Shown in pieces: positions 42,775 to 51,597 of a DNA stretch of 64,000 nt (positions are counted from its first letter, which is position 1; each line of letters opens with the position of its first letter). A program made the position numbers and the translations under genes. The DNA is taken from the NCBI GenBank assembly GCA_963662465.1, contig OY759599.1:7520001-7584000 (forward strand). The letters are read 5' to 3'. Source of the DNA: Desulfatiglandales bacterium. GTDB taxonomy: Bacteria; Desulfobacterota; DSM-4660; Desulfatiglandales; Desulfatiglandaceae. The notes beneath the pieces were generated by a model that saw only the letters and a program-made list of their open reading frames with translations, had not been told where the DNA came from and made no database searches.

Positions 42775-43733
42775 CAAAAAACCTCGTTGTTCTCTAGCTG
42801 TTCCCGATGGGCATCCACAAAATCTTCCATTTTCTGCCTGGATGGGAACGGACCCGTGTACTGGATGGCCATGTTGATGGAGAAGTTTTGGTGCCCCTTG
42901 GCTGGATCGATGACGCCGAAAAAGCGGGTCTGCCACAAATTGTATTTCCGGTGAAGGGCCAGGGCGCTTTCAAGAGCGGATGCTGCCACATCCGTCACCG
43001 CTTTGGTGTGGGGCCAGTGAAGGGAACACGCCTTTTTGTCCATGACGAAGGCGTTGTTGTTCAGGTACAGTCTGATCCCCAAATCAGTGTCCTCCCCGCC
43101 CCAGTGTTTATAGTCCTCATCGAATCCGCCGACCTTCAGGGCTTCAGCCTTTTCCAGGGATACATGGCAGGTCCAGAAGATCTCGAAGGGCGCGGGCCAG
43201 GTGTGGAGCTTTTCCCCCAGGAGATCATATTGATACTGCCGGATATCGAACATCTTTTGATCCTGAAAAAACCGAATACAGCCATCGGCATCTTGTGAAT
43301 CCAGTTGGCGAATGACGGGCTCAACCCGTTCGTTGGGGACATCGAAGCCGTAAACATATCCGATCATGACACAGGGAGAGGTGGATTGTTCGTGGACGGC
43401 CATATGCCTTTCAAGTGCGCCTGATGCCAGGAGCAGCCCCGTGTCCAGGAGCACCAGATATTTCCCTTCCGCAATACTCATGCCGATATTGCGCACCCGG
43501 CTGAGCCTGAAGCCCTTGTGTTCCTGCCGATAGTACCGGATGTGGAGGCGATCGCCAAAGCGGCCCACGACTTCCCCTGTTTCGTCCGTGCTGCCGTCAT
43601 CCACGATGACCACTTCAAAGCGGTCGTTTTCAAGGGTTTGACGTACAAGGGATTCCAGTTGATAGGACAAAAGGACGGCGCGGTTATACGTGGGGATGAC
43701 GACACTGATCTCTTTTACTGGTTTCTCGCTCAT
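42774..43733 (-). CDS. GT2 glycosyltransferase (paralog 3)
   Basis: SVVIPTYNR, VDDGS and GFDE..WGGED. Confidence 0.92.
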   Translation of the reverse strand: MSEKPVKEISVVIPTYNRAVLLSYQLESLVRQTLENDRFEVVIVDDGSTDETGEVVGRFGDRLHIRYYRQEHKGFRLSRVRNIGMSIAEGKYLVLLDTGLLLASGALERHMAVHEQSTSPCVMIGYVYGFDVPNERVEPVIRQLDSQDADGCIRFFQDQKMFDIRQYQYDLLGEKLHTWPAPFEIFWTCHVSLEKAEALKVGGFDEDYKHWGGEDTDLGIRLYLNNNAFVMDKKACSLHWPHTKAVTDVAASALESALALHRKYNLWQTRFFGVIDPAKGHQNFSINMAIQYTGPFPSRQKMEDFVDAHREQLENNEVF

Positions 43734-43766
43734 GTCTTCTGATAGCCCTTTTTCACCGAAATGTTT

Positions 43767-44453
43767 TCAATGGTCGTAAAGCCGCTTCACCACCTGGGCC
43801 GGATTGCCCACGGCAACACAATTCGGGGGAACCGACTCATGAACCACGGAGTTTGCGCTGACAACACTGTTGGCGCCGATTTCGACGCCCGCCAGGATGG
43901 TGGCGCCCATGCCGATCCACGCATTTTCCCGGATGGTCACGGGGTGGGCGTGGGTTCTGGCCACATCATCCTCCCGGCCCCTGTGAAGGAGCGGATGACC
44001 GTTGCTGTCCATGATGGTCACCATGGGGCCGAAGAGCGCATTTTTCTCAATGACGACCCGTTCATAGGCGACGATTGCGAGCCCCGCCAAATAGACATTT
44101 TCCCCAATTTCGATGGTCCCGGGGGATCCGTCATTGCACTTGACCAGCGTTAGCTTCACCGGCTGGTTGTGAAATGCGGGATTGAAGGTGGAATCCATGA
44201 ACACATTTTCCGCGATCCGGATCCTTCCTTCGAAATCACTCACATCAAGCGTTTGAATCTTGGCGTCTTCCTCGAAATTGTGCGAGTCCCTCTCCACCGT
44301 GTAGCAGATCCGGGGAATGCCTTCAATCCTGCAGCTCTCTGCCAAAAGGATGCCGTCTTTTCTCATGATGCCGGGCAGGGCTTCCGGCGTATAGCGATGA
44401 GCCTCTTCACAATCGGGACGACACACAAAATAGTTTTCAAAAATGGTCGGCAT
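43767..44453 (-). CDS. Hexapeptide-repeat (LbH) acyltransferase
   Basis: IMDSNGH, V.I.ENAWIG.GATIL.GV.IG.NSVV and GNPA. Confidence 0.88.
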   Translation of the reverse strand: MPTIFENYFVCRPDCEEAHRYTPEALPGIMRKDGILLAESCRIEGIPRICYTVERDSHNFEEDAKIQTLDVSDFEGRIRIAENVFMDSTFNPAFHNQPVKLTLVKCNDGSPGTIEIGENVYLAGLAIVAYERVVIEKNALFGPMVTIMDSNGHPLLHRGREDDVARTHAHPVTIRENAWIGMGATILAGVEIGANSVVSANSVVHESVPPNCVAVGNPAQVVKRLYDH

Positions 44454-44456
44454 GGG

Positions 44457-45383
44457 TCACTTCCAATTTCTGAATTTTTCAAGTCCTTCTTCGGTCTCAA
44501 CCGGCCCGATACACTTAATGGCCATGTTCAGGGAAAATTTCGCGTGCAGGTCATCCATTTCCATGTATTTGTAGAAGCTCGTCTGCCATAGCTTGTACCG
44601 CCGGTGAAGTTTCATGGCCGCTTTGGCGGATTTCTCCTTGACGTCGGCAACCTGCTTCTTGTGGGGCCAGTGAAACGAACAGATGTTCCGGTCGAAATAG
44701 AACACATGATTGTTCATGAAAAGCCTTATGGCCAGGTCCACGTCTTCCCCGCCCCAGCTGGAATAGCTGGGGTCGGACTCGCCTGAGCGGATGATTTCGT
44801 TCCTGGGGGCCGATACATGGCAGGTCCAGAAGATATCAAAGGGCGCGGGCCAGGCGTGAACATCCTCCCCCAGGGCCCGATATTGCGGTTCCCTCACATC
44901 AAAGGCTTCCTGCGCCTTTGCGACCTCGATACACCGATCCGTGTCCTCGGGATCTATTAAGGGCAGCAACCGGTCTACCTGTTCATCGGTGATCTCGAAG
45001 GCATGCACATATCCGATGACGACACAGGGAAAGCGGGACCGTTTATGCGCCTTCAAACGCAGTTCAAGTGCCTGGCTGGAGAGGAGAATCCCCGTATCGC
45101 AAAAGACCACTAATTCTCCCCAGGCCAGGGACACGCCGATATTACGGGCCTTTCCCACCGTGAAACCATGGTCTTCCTGGGACACGTACTTGATGTCGAG
45201 CCGGTCCTGAAAGCGTTCAACCACCTGACCGCTTTCGTCCTTCCCACCGTCATCCACCACAATGACCTCGAAGTGTTTCCGGGCCAGGGTCTGCCGGGCG
45301 AGGGATGTGAGGGTATACCCCAACAGCTCCGCCCGATTGTAGGTGGGCACCACCACACTGATTTTTTTAAAAAATCGACTCAT
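44457..45383 (-). CDS. GT2 glycosyltransferase (paralog 2)
   Basis: SVVVPTYNR, VDDGG, WPAPFDIFWTCHVS and WGGED. Confidence 0.92.
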   Translation of the reverse strand: MSRFFKKISVVVPTYNRAELLGYTLTSLARQTLARKHFEVIVVDDGGKDESGQVVERFQDRLDIKYVSQEDHGFTVGKARNIGVSLAWGELVVFCDTGILLSSQALELRLKAHKRSRFPCVVIGYVHAFEITDEQVDRLLPLIDPEDTDRCIEVAKAQEAFDVREPQYRALGEDVHAWPAPFDIFWTCHVSAPRNEIIRSGESDPSYSSWGGEDVDLAIRLFMNNHVFYFDRNICSFHWPHKKQVADVKEKSAKAAMKLHRRYKLWQTSFYKYMEMDDLHAKFSLNMAIKCIGPVETEEGLEKFRNWK

Positions 45384-46357
45384 GCAAAATCTTCCAATTC
45401 AGAGAGAACCGTATCCCCTTTCTCGAACTTCTCCCGGTTCTTTAAAGAGAACGCTTCGAGTTGTTTTTCATCATACCCGGGTCCCGTGAAGTGAATCGCC
45501 ATGTTGAGCGAGAACAGGGGATGTCTTTTGGGTGATCCCAAAAACCGGTAGAAGGCCGTCTGCCACAGGTTGTATCGTTCATGGAGCGCCAGACCGCATT
45601 GGTAGGTTTCTTCTTTGATGTCGCTCACGGCTTTCGGGTGGGGCCAGTGAAAGGAGGTGATGGTGTTGTCGGTATAGAAGATGTTGTTCCGCAAAAAGAG
45701 CTTGATTCCCAGGTCCACATCCTCTCCGCCCCACCGGCTGGTTTCCGCATCGAAGCCGCCCGCCTTGATCACTTCCCGTTTGTCCACCGAAAGATGGCCC
45801 GACCAGAACACATCAAAAGGCGCGGCCCAGCAGTGAAGATCATTTCCCAGTACCCGGTACTGATACTGTCTGAAATCATAGGCTTCAAACTTTTTTGCCG
45901 CTTCGATACACGTGCGGACATCGGTGGAATCGGCATAGGGAAGAATCTTTTCCACCAGTTCATTGGGCGTGTCGAAGGCGTAGATGTTACCGATGACGGA
46001 ACAGGCATGGTGAGAATTTTCGTGAATGGTCAGGTGATTTTCGAGGCCTTCCGGAGAAAGCAGAATGCCGGTATCCAGAAACAGCACGTAAGGGCTCTCC
46101 GCGTGGGCGATGCCCATGTTCCTGGCCCGACCGGCCCGAAAGCCCATGTCTTTCTGCCGTAAATAAGCAATATCCAGATGGCTGTCGTAGGAAAGGGTCA
46201 CTTCTTTTGAATGGTCGCTGCCCCCGTCATCCACAACGATCACCTCAAAAGATTTTGCGGGCAATGTCTGCCGCACCAGGGAATCGAGCGTGTAGGAGAG
46301 GAGTTTTTCCCGGTTATAGGTCGGTATGACAACGGCGATTTTCTTTTCTGATGACAT
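45380..46357 (-). CDS. GT2 glycosyltransferase (paralog 1)
   Basis: VVIPTYNR, VDDGG, W.APFD.FW and WGGED. Start at MSSEKK. Confidence 0.9.
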   Translation of the reverse strand: MSSEKKIAVVIPTYNREKLLSYTLDSLVRQTLPAKSFEVIVVDDGGSDHSKEVTLSYDSHLDIAYLRQKDMGFRAGRARNMGIAHAESPYVLFLDTGILLSPEGLENHLTIHENSHHACSVIGNIYAFDTPNELVEKILPYADSTDVRTCIEAAKKFEAYDFRQYQYRVLGNDLHCWAAPFDVFWSGHLSVDKREVIKAGGFDAETSRWGGEDVDLGIKLFLRNNIFYTDNTITSFHWPHPKAVSDIKEETYQCGLALHERYNLWQTAFYRFLGSPKRHPLFSLNMAIHFTGPGYDEKQLEAFSLKNREKFEKGDTVLSELEDFA

Positions 46358-46472
46358 GGTTTTATTTGGTATCCTTTTTGCTGTTACTCCCCGAAAAGGG
46401 TCGAATCCAGTGATCATCACATGTGATTTTGTGAAGGATCTTGGCCGGTGAACCCGCGGCCAGTACGCTTTT

Positions 46473-48359
46473 GCCATCAAAAACGTTAGAAAAATTTACG
46501 TTTTTTAACTTTCATGAAATCATTGCAAGCTCCTGAGTTAACAGCCCTAATCCTTTATTGAGGAGTGAGTAAGCAGCTTCAATTTGAGATGGTTGCTCGG
46601 CACCCTTGATAGGTTGCTTTTTGATAACCCCTGAAATCATTGGGTTTTTGAAATGGAGTTCAGAGCAAATTGAGAGCCATAGCCATTTCCAGCCTGTGTC
46701 CGTAACCCTATAGAATGACATGCTATTCTTCTTTTCGACAATTCCCCGGACCCTCAATTTGTTCATTTCATACCGGATTTGTGCAGGATTTCGAAAAGAT
46801 TGGGGGAGGCTGTTGAGAAGATCCACTGTTCTGAAGCCATATGCATGGTATTTTGGCTTTAGAAGCTCTTGGGCCAGGGCGGTCTGACGATCTTTTCTGA
46901 AGTCCGGTGGGGTCACGTTGTGGCCAAGATGATCTGAGACAGGCCTTTTGTAACGCTCCTCTTCGCCTTCTGAAATAGAGGCGATATCCACATCGGCACA
47001 GCATTCCAAGAATCGATCATTACATTCCACACCTTCCCAAAGATAGGCCTGTAGATAGAGGACAGGCTTTTTAAGCCCCAGCGATTTGGGGTTATTGATG
47101 GTGGTCTCGGTGCGGATGTAGTACCCGGTCTTATTGTACTGCTTGATGGAGTTGCCTCGGAACCAGTGTTTGATGCACGCATTATTGTCATATAGCCGCC
47201 AGAAGGTCTTGGATGTTGATCGGCGATGGAGCCGACGATTGAAAATCTGAGCAATGGTCTCGGGCAATCCGAGACGGTGGAATTTATCCAAGAGCCTTTC
47301 AAAGAGGCTGGTGCAAAAACGTGCGGAACGAAACACAATATTAGAAGAGACTTCGACCTGGCTTGAATACCAGTCGTGATAAAGAAATTTGGATCGTGTC
47401 GAATATTTTCCTTTGTCGAATTTGAAGAAAATATTCATCCAGTAGTTGATCCTGTTAAGTACAGCTCTGCCAGTGAGAGACGCAGCGGCTTTTTGAAGGG
47501 CCTCTGGATTTTCAACGTCAACAAATGCGTTTTCGTTTAGCCTGTATTTGATGCCTTGTTTATCGAGCTGGAGTTGAATGGCATTGTGGCCGTTGAAATA
47601 GAATTCTGCACGAAAAGGAAGGTAGGAAGAGATTTTGAGGTAGCAGAGACCACCGAGAAGGGCATCGTGCAAGTAGATGTAATACTGCTTCACCGGCTTT
47701 CTGCAGTCATAGATTCGTTCATAGGGCTTTCCGGCTTTTGAAGTGAGTTGCCTGCAGGCAAATGTTCTAACTGGTTCTTTGTCCGTAAGGATGCAAAACA
47801 CATGGTTCCCTTTTCCTGTAAAGGCCTTGGCGTATTTTTGTTCCACGAATTTTGACTTTGCGCCGTCAGTGCCACCCCCTTCAGAGGGCCACCAGTGAAT
47901 GGGGATATTGTTGTTCCGGGCTACCTTTTGAATATGACCATTGAGTTGGTCGGTTAGAATCCTCATTACACCGTTTGACAACCCTTTGAATCCGAGAGCC
48001 CTGAGGAGCCTGACAATGCCTGCTGGAGAAAAGAGGGAGAGAATGTAGCCTCGAATAATAACCCGATCGAAGCAGAAATATTTGAACTTGATATTTTCTG
48101 AGAATTGATTCAAAAATGAATTCTTCATGGGTGTATCCTCCGGTGAGGGAATGTTAGCTAAACAATCCATACCGGATCACCCATGAAATTTCAAATCAAA
48201 GAATGGGATTTTAGGCAGGGGGTTAAGAGACTTCAGGATGGTCAGATGACGCCAAAAGCTTCATCAACTTTAATATCCGGGATTTGCCCCGGCCAAAAAT
48301 ATAACCATCATGTCATTAGCCCCCTGCCTACAGCCCTTTTCGGAACTTTAGTTTGGTAA
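46473..48359 (-). mobile_element. ~1.9 kb insertion element without terminal inverted repeats
   Basis: Interrupts the acetyltransferase. CTTTT is present at both junctions (46468-46472, 48360-48364), with a subterminal hairpin at 46479-46505. Confidence 0.85.
46512..48128 (-). CDS. Putative transposase of unclassified type with C-terminal winged HTH
   Basis: Sole ORF of the insertion. Motifs CFDRVIIRG, YY.Y..D...G.CY.KI..Y.PF....YFNGH and IKQYNK....R.ETT.N; MarR-like C-terminus; SD GGAGG. Confidence 0.7.
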   Translation of the reverse strand: MKNSFLNQFSENIKFKYFCFDRVIIRGYILSLFSPAGIVRLLRALGFKGLSNGVMRILTDQLNGHIQKVARNNNIPIHWWPSEGGGTDGAKSKFVEQKYAKAFTGKGNHVFCILTDKEPVRTFACRQLTSKAGKPYERIYDCRKPVKQYYIYLHDALLGGLCYLKISSYLPFRAEFYFNGHNAIQLQLDKQGIKYRLNENAFVDVENPEALQKAAASLTGRAVLNRINYWMNIFFKFDKGKYSTRSKFLYHDWYSSQVEVSSNIVFRSARFCTSLFERLLDKFHRLGLPETIAQIFNRRLHRRSTSKTFWRLYDNNACIKHWFRGNSIKQYNKTGYYIRTETTINNPKSLGLKKPVLYLQAYLWEGVECNDRFLECCADVDIASISEGEEERYKRPVSDHLGHNVTPPDFRKDRQTALAQELLKPKYHAYGFRTVDLLNSLPQSFRNPAQIRYEMNKLRVRGIVEKKNSMSFYRVTDTGWKWLWLSICSELHFKNPMISGVIKKQPIKGAEQPSQIEAAYSLLNKGLGLLTQELAMIS

Positions 48360-48880
48360 CTTTTCGGGAATATCGTGGGTGACAAGTGAACCCGCGCCGA
48401 TCACCGAATGATCCCCGATGGTGACGCCCGGCGCGATCATGGCCTGGGAGGCAATCCAGACGTTGTTTCCGATTCGAATGGGCCCCACATGCGTCGCCCC
48501 CCCCCTGCTCCACCGGATGGAACGCGGTGTCCAGAATGGTCACCCAGTCTCCAATGGCGCAGTGCCGGCCGATTTCGATGGATTCCACGGCACAGATGTT
48601 GGCGCCGTCATTCAGGGCCGTGCAGTCACCAATGGACAGAATCGCATCAGGGTTGAAAACCGTGATGTGGCTTCGGACTCTCACCCCCATGAAATTGACG
48701 TCCCTGCCGAGTTTTAGTTTTCCATTGAGTTCGAAGATGGGAAAGAGTCCCGAAAAGGTGGGACGATTCACATACTCGACGTCACACCGGTAAAACTTTC
48801 GTCGTTTATATGCGTGCTCTAACAGAGAAATGAGATGGATCACCACTTCCTCCCATGTTCAACCCGGGAAACCGGAGCAT

Positions 48881-49792
48881 TCAGCGCAGCACGTCCTGAT
48901 ATTTGCGGATCAGATCGTAGCGGTGCCTGTAATATTCATGTTCCAGAATCATTTGATAAAAATACGTGCGCTCATCCCCTAACTTGATGGAATCATGGGG
49001 CCTCAAAGCCATGCCGACAAAATAGTTAATGCTGAAAATTCCCCGGCACGATTCGGAATCGCTTTTCAGCTCGTGGGCGGCAAACTGTCGTTTTTTTTCG
49101 GCGGTGTAATTGGAGGGGACTCGCGCCAGGGCGATGGAATAGCCGCTGCCGTAGACACGCCGAAAAATATGAATGGCACGAATGGCATGAAAATCAGACG
49201 TGACCAACATCAGTTTTCCCGAGGGCGCCAACAGCTTTTTTTGCCTTAGTTTCAATTTTGAAAGCACCGCATTGCCCACGGTATCAATGGAATCATCCTC
49301 AATGACAACCCTCTCGGGGGTCAGGCCAAGGTCATCTTGCGATTGCAGAAACGCCAACATCTGTTCCGACTCCGTCTGTTGACACATGAATCCCCCGCCG
49401 CACAGAATGATAATCGCTTTGGGGCGGTTACGGATGAACCGCACGGCATGACGCGCCCGATCCAGCAAAATTTCCATATGTTTGGAGGCCAGCACAAAGA
49501 TGTAGTCCGCATGGTAGAGTACGTCTGAATCGCCGATGACGTCATTGTCTTCAAAATAGGTCAAATAAAAATCGAGGATCTCCTCCCGTTTCCGATCCAA
49601 CTTCCGGATGACATCCGTGAACAGTTCGGGTTCAACATGAATCGGAATCAGCCGGTGCAGCCATGCCAGTACCGACTCAAGCACCTGATAATGTTCGTCG
49701 AGCGCTCCGTTCGGCAGCCAGTTGGGATATTCATTCGGATCCAGCCGCTCACAAAACGCCATCAAATCATCGATTAATCTGTTGTAACTCAT
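48881..49792 (-). CDS. YdcF/ElyC (DUF218) family protein with N-terminal extension
   Basis: IILCGG, TESEQM, IEDDSIDTVGNA and LVTSDFH..RA. Confidence 0.85.
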   Translation of the reverse strand: MSYNRLIDDLMAFCERLDPNEYPNWLPNGALDEHYQVLESVLAWLHRLIPIHVEPELFTDVIRKLDRKREEILDFYLTYFEDNDVIGDSDVLYHADYIFVLASKHMEILLDRARHAVRFIRNRPKAIIILCGGGFMCQQTESEQMLAFLQSQDDLGLTPERVVIEDDSIDTVGNAVLSKLKLRQKKLLAPSGKLMLVTSDFHAIRAIHIFRRVYGSGYSIALARVPSNYTAEKKRQFAAHELKSDSESCRGIFSINYFVGMALRPHDSIKLGDERTYFYQMILEHEYYRHRYDLIRKYQDVLR

Positions 49793-50001
49793 GGATCACT
49801 CTCATCCATAGGGGCGCGCTATTGCGATTTCGACAAAAAAACCAATCGATCAACAGCATAGAGACCTTGTGGTATGCCTCAGCTACAGCCGGCACTACGA
49901 ATTCAGATCGCCGTTCGTAAGGTTTCAATATCTTGCATGATTTCTCACCAACCTCTAAAAAATTTAGCACACCATAATTTTTTATGCACACCAAAATTTA
50001 A

Positions 50002-50033
50002 AAGGAAACCTCTAAATTCTGTCTTGAATAAGA
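50002..50033 (+). repeat. attR-like 32-bp direct repeat
   Basis: Identical to 31583-31614. Confidence 0.92.
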
Positions 50034-50048
50034 TTGGATCATATTCTA

Positions 50049-50099
50049 TTGACTCTCCCTAAAAAAGTGTTATCATAATCCTTAAATTAACATTATGAT
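50049..50099 (+). promoter_or_regulatory. Promoter/operator of the RHH-PIN pair
   Basis: TTGACT...TATCAT, with inverted repeat ATCATAAT (50072-50079) / ATTATGAT (50092-50099). Confidence 0.55.
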
Positions 50100-50116
50100 T
50101 AATGTGGAGACAGCAA

Positions 50117-50362
50117 ATGGTACGCACGCAGATTCAACTTACGGAAGAGCAGGCCCGTTTGCTGAGGGAAATTTCCCGTACGGGCCGGGAGTCCATGGCC
50201 GCTTTGATTCGCAGGGCCGTGGATCAATTTCTCATGACCCGAAAGCCGGATTGTATGGCCCTTTATCGGCAGGCTGGGGCGGTTATGGGGAAGTACGAGG
50301 CAGGGGTTGGGGATATCTCCCAGGAACATGACCGTTATCTTGACGAGGCCTTTAGACAATGA
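50117..50362 (+). CDS. CopG/RHH antitoxin (VapB-like)
   Basis: MVRTQIQLTEEQ...S.A.LIR.AVD and D.S..HD.YL. Confidence 0.88.
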   Translation: MVRTQIQLTEEQARLLREISRTGRESMAALIRRAVDQFLMTRKPDCMALYRQAGAVMGKYEAGVGDISQEHDRYLDEAFRQ

Positions 50363-50778
50363 TTGTTTTTGCGGACACGTCGGCACTTTTTGCGCTCCTG
50401 GTCCGTGACGACTTCATGCACGTTCGTGCGAAGGAAAACTTCGGGTATTTTTCCGATCACCGGACCCAGCTCCTGACCAGTTCTTTTGTGTTGGTAGAAA
50501 CAGTCGCTCTCCTCCAGCGGCGTGTAGGACTGGATTCCGTTCGCGACTTCAACGCAAAGATCCTGCCTCTTCTGGAGGTCATATGGGTGGACGCCGACTG
50601 GCAAAATAGGGCCATGCAACGTCTCTTAACCCAAAACAGAAAAAATCTGAGTCTCGTAGACTGTATGAGTTTTGAAATTATGGAGGCGCGAGAAATAGCC
50701 GAGGCTTTCACCTTTGACCGGCATTTTGAGGAAAACGGCTTCCAGATCGCTGATTATCATGGGGGAAACTCTCAGTAA
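50359..50778 (+). CDS. vapC: PIN domain toxin (VapC-like)
   Basis: F.DTSA, V.ET, SLVDC.SF and FTFD.HF. Confidence 0.9.
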   Translation: MIVFADTSALFALLVRDDFMHVRAKENFGYFSDHRTQLLTSSFVLVETVALLQRRVGLDSVRDFNAKILPLLEVIWVDADWQNRAMQRLLTQNRKNLSLVDCMSFEIMEAREIAEAFTFDRHFEENGFQIADYHGGNSQ

Positions 50779-50975
50779 ACCCACCCCGGATACCCTAAAC
50801 ACAGAATGTTGGCCATTGCAGTGAAAGTGAAATATAAAGCTTGTCCCTATGCTTCAGTGTGGGCATGACTGTTTCGGAAAGGTTTTTTGCTTTGCATTTC
50901 TTCGAGATCATTTCTATGGCGGCAACTGAATCCAGGCTTGAAACCGGAAGGTTATCCGTTATTCGGCGTCAAACG

Positions 50976-51587
50976 ATGAGAATACTTTGTGCATATCTCA
51001 TCCTTGCCGCCTTTTGCGGATGTGCAACGCCCACCCCTCCCCGGAACGTGGATAACATCTGTGAGATTTTCAGGGAGAATGACCAGTGGTATGACGATGC
51101 GGCGGATGCCTCCAAAAAATGGGGCATTCCCATTCCCGTCATGATGGCCATCCTGCACCAGGAATCAAAATATGTGGCGGATGCCAAACCCCCTCGCACC
51201 ACCTGCTTGTGGATTTTTCCGGGTCCCAGGCCTTCGTCGGCTTTTGGGTATGCTCAAGTATTGGATGCGACCTGGGAGGAATATCAGGAAAGTGCGGACA
51301 ATTCCTGGGCTGACAGGGACGATTTCGGAGATGCCGTCGACTTTGTGGGGTGGTATTGTTCATTGAGTGTGAAAAAGTGCGGGATATCCAAAGACAATGC
51401 GAGAAATCTCTATCTCGCCTATCATGAAGGTCGCGGCGGTTATAACCGAAAAACCTATGCGAAAAAGGCATGGCTTTTGAGGGTGGCGGGCAGGGTTCAG
51501 AACAGGGCTGTAAAATATCGAGGTCAGCTGGCAGCCTGTGAAGATGAGTTCAGGGACAAAGGCGGTTGCTGTTTGTGGCCTTTTTGA
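50976..51587 (+). CDS. Transglycosylase SLT-like lipoprotein
   Basis: Lipobox-like FCGC, AI..QES, SSA.GYAQ.LD.TW and LYLAYHEG.GG. Confidence 0.8.
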   Translation: MRILCAYLILAAFCGCATPTPPRNVDNICEIFRENDQWYDDAADASKKWGIPIPVMMAILHQESKYVADAKPPRTTCLWIFPGPRPSSAFGYAQVLDATWEEYQESADNSWADRDDFGDAVDFVGWYCSLSVKKCGISKDNARNLYLAYHEGRGGYNRKTYAKKAWLLRVAGRVQNRAVKYRGQLAACEDEFRDKGGCCLWPF

Positions 51588-51597
51588 TTGCTCTGCT

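Larger units (their letters stand above)
46362..48846 (-). pseudogene. LbH acetyltransferase, frameshifted at a G9 tract (48497-48505) and split by an insertion element
   Basis: ...IGNNVWIA...HDIPE (ends ~48364) continues as SVLAAGSPAKILHKI...* (46469-46362). Confidence 0.88.
31615..50033. mobile_element. Genomic island integrated at the purF 3' end (~18.4 kb, no integrase seen)
   Basis: Flanking 32-bp direct repeats, with R-M, excisionase-like, IS and pseudogene cargo. Confidence 0.8.

Noticed and set aside
46468..48364. 5-bp target-site duplication CTTTT/AAAAG
   Set aside because: An empty site rebuilt with a 5-bp TSD puts the acetyltransferase halves out of frame; at most 3 bp are duplicated.
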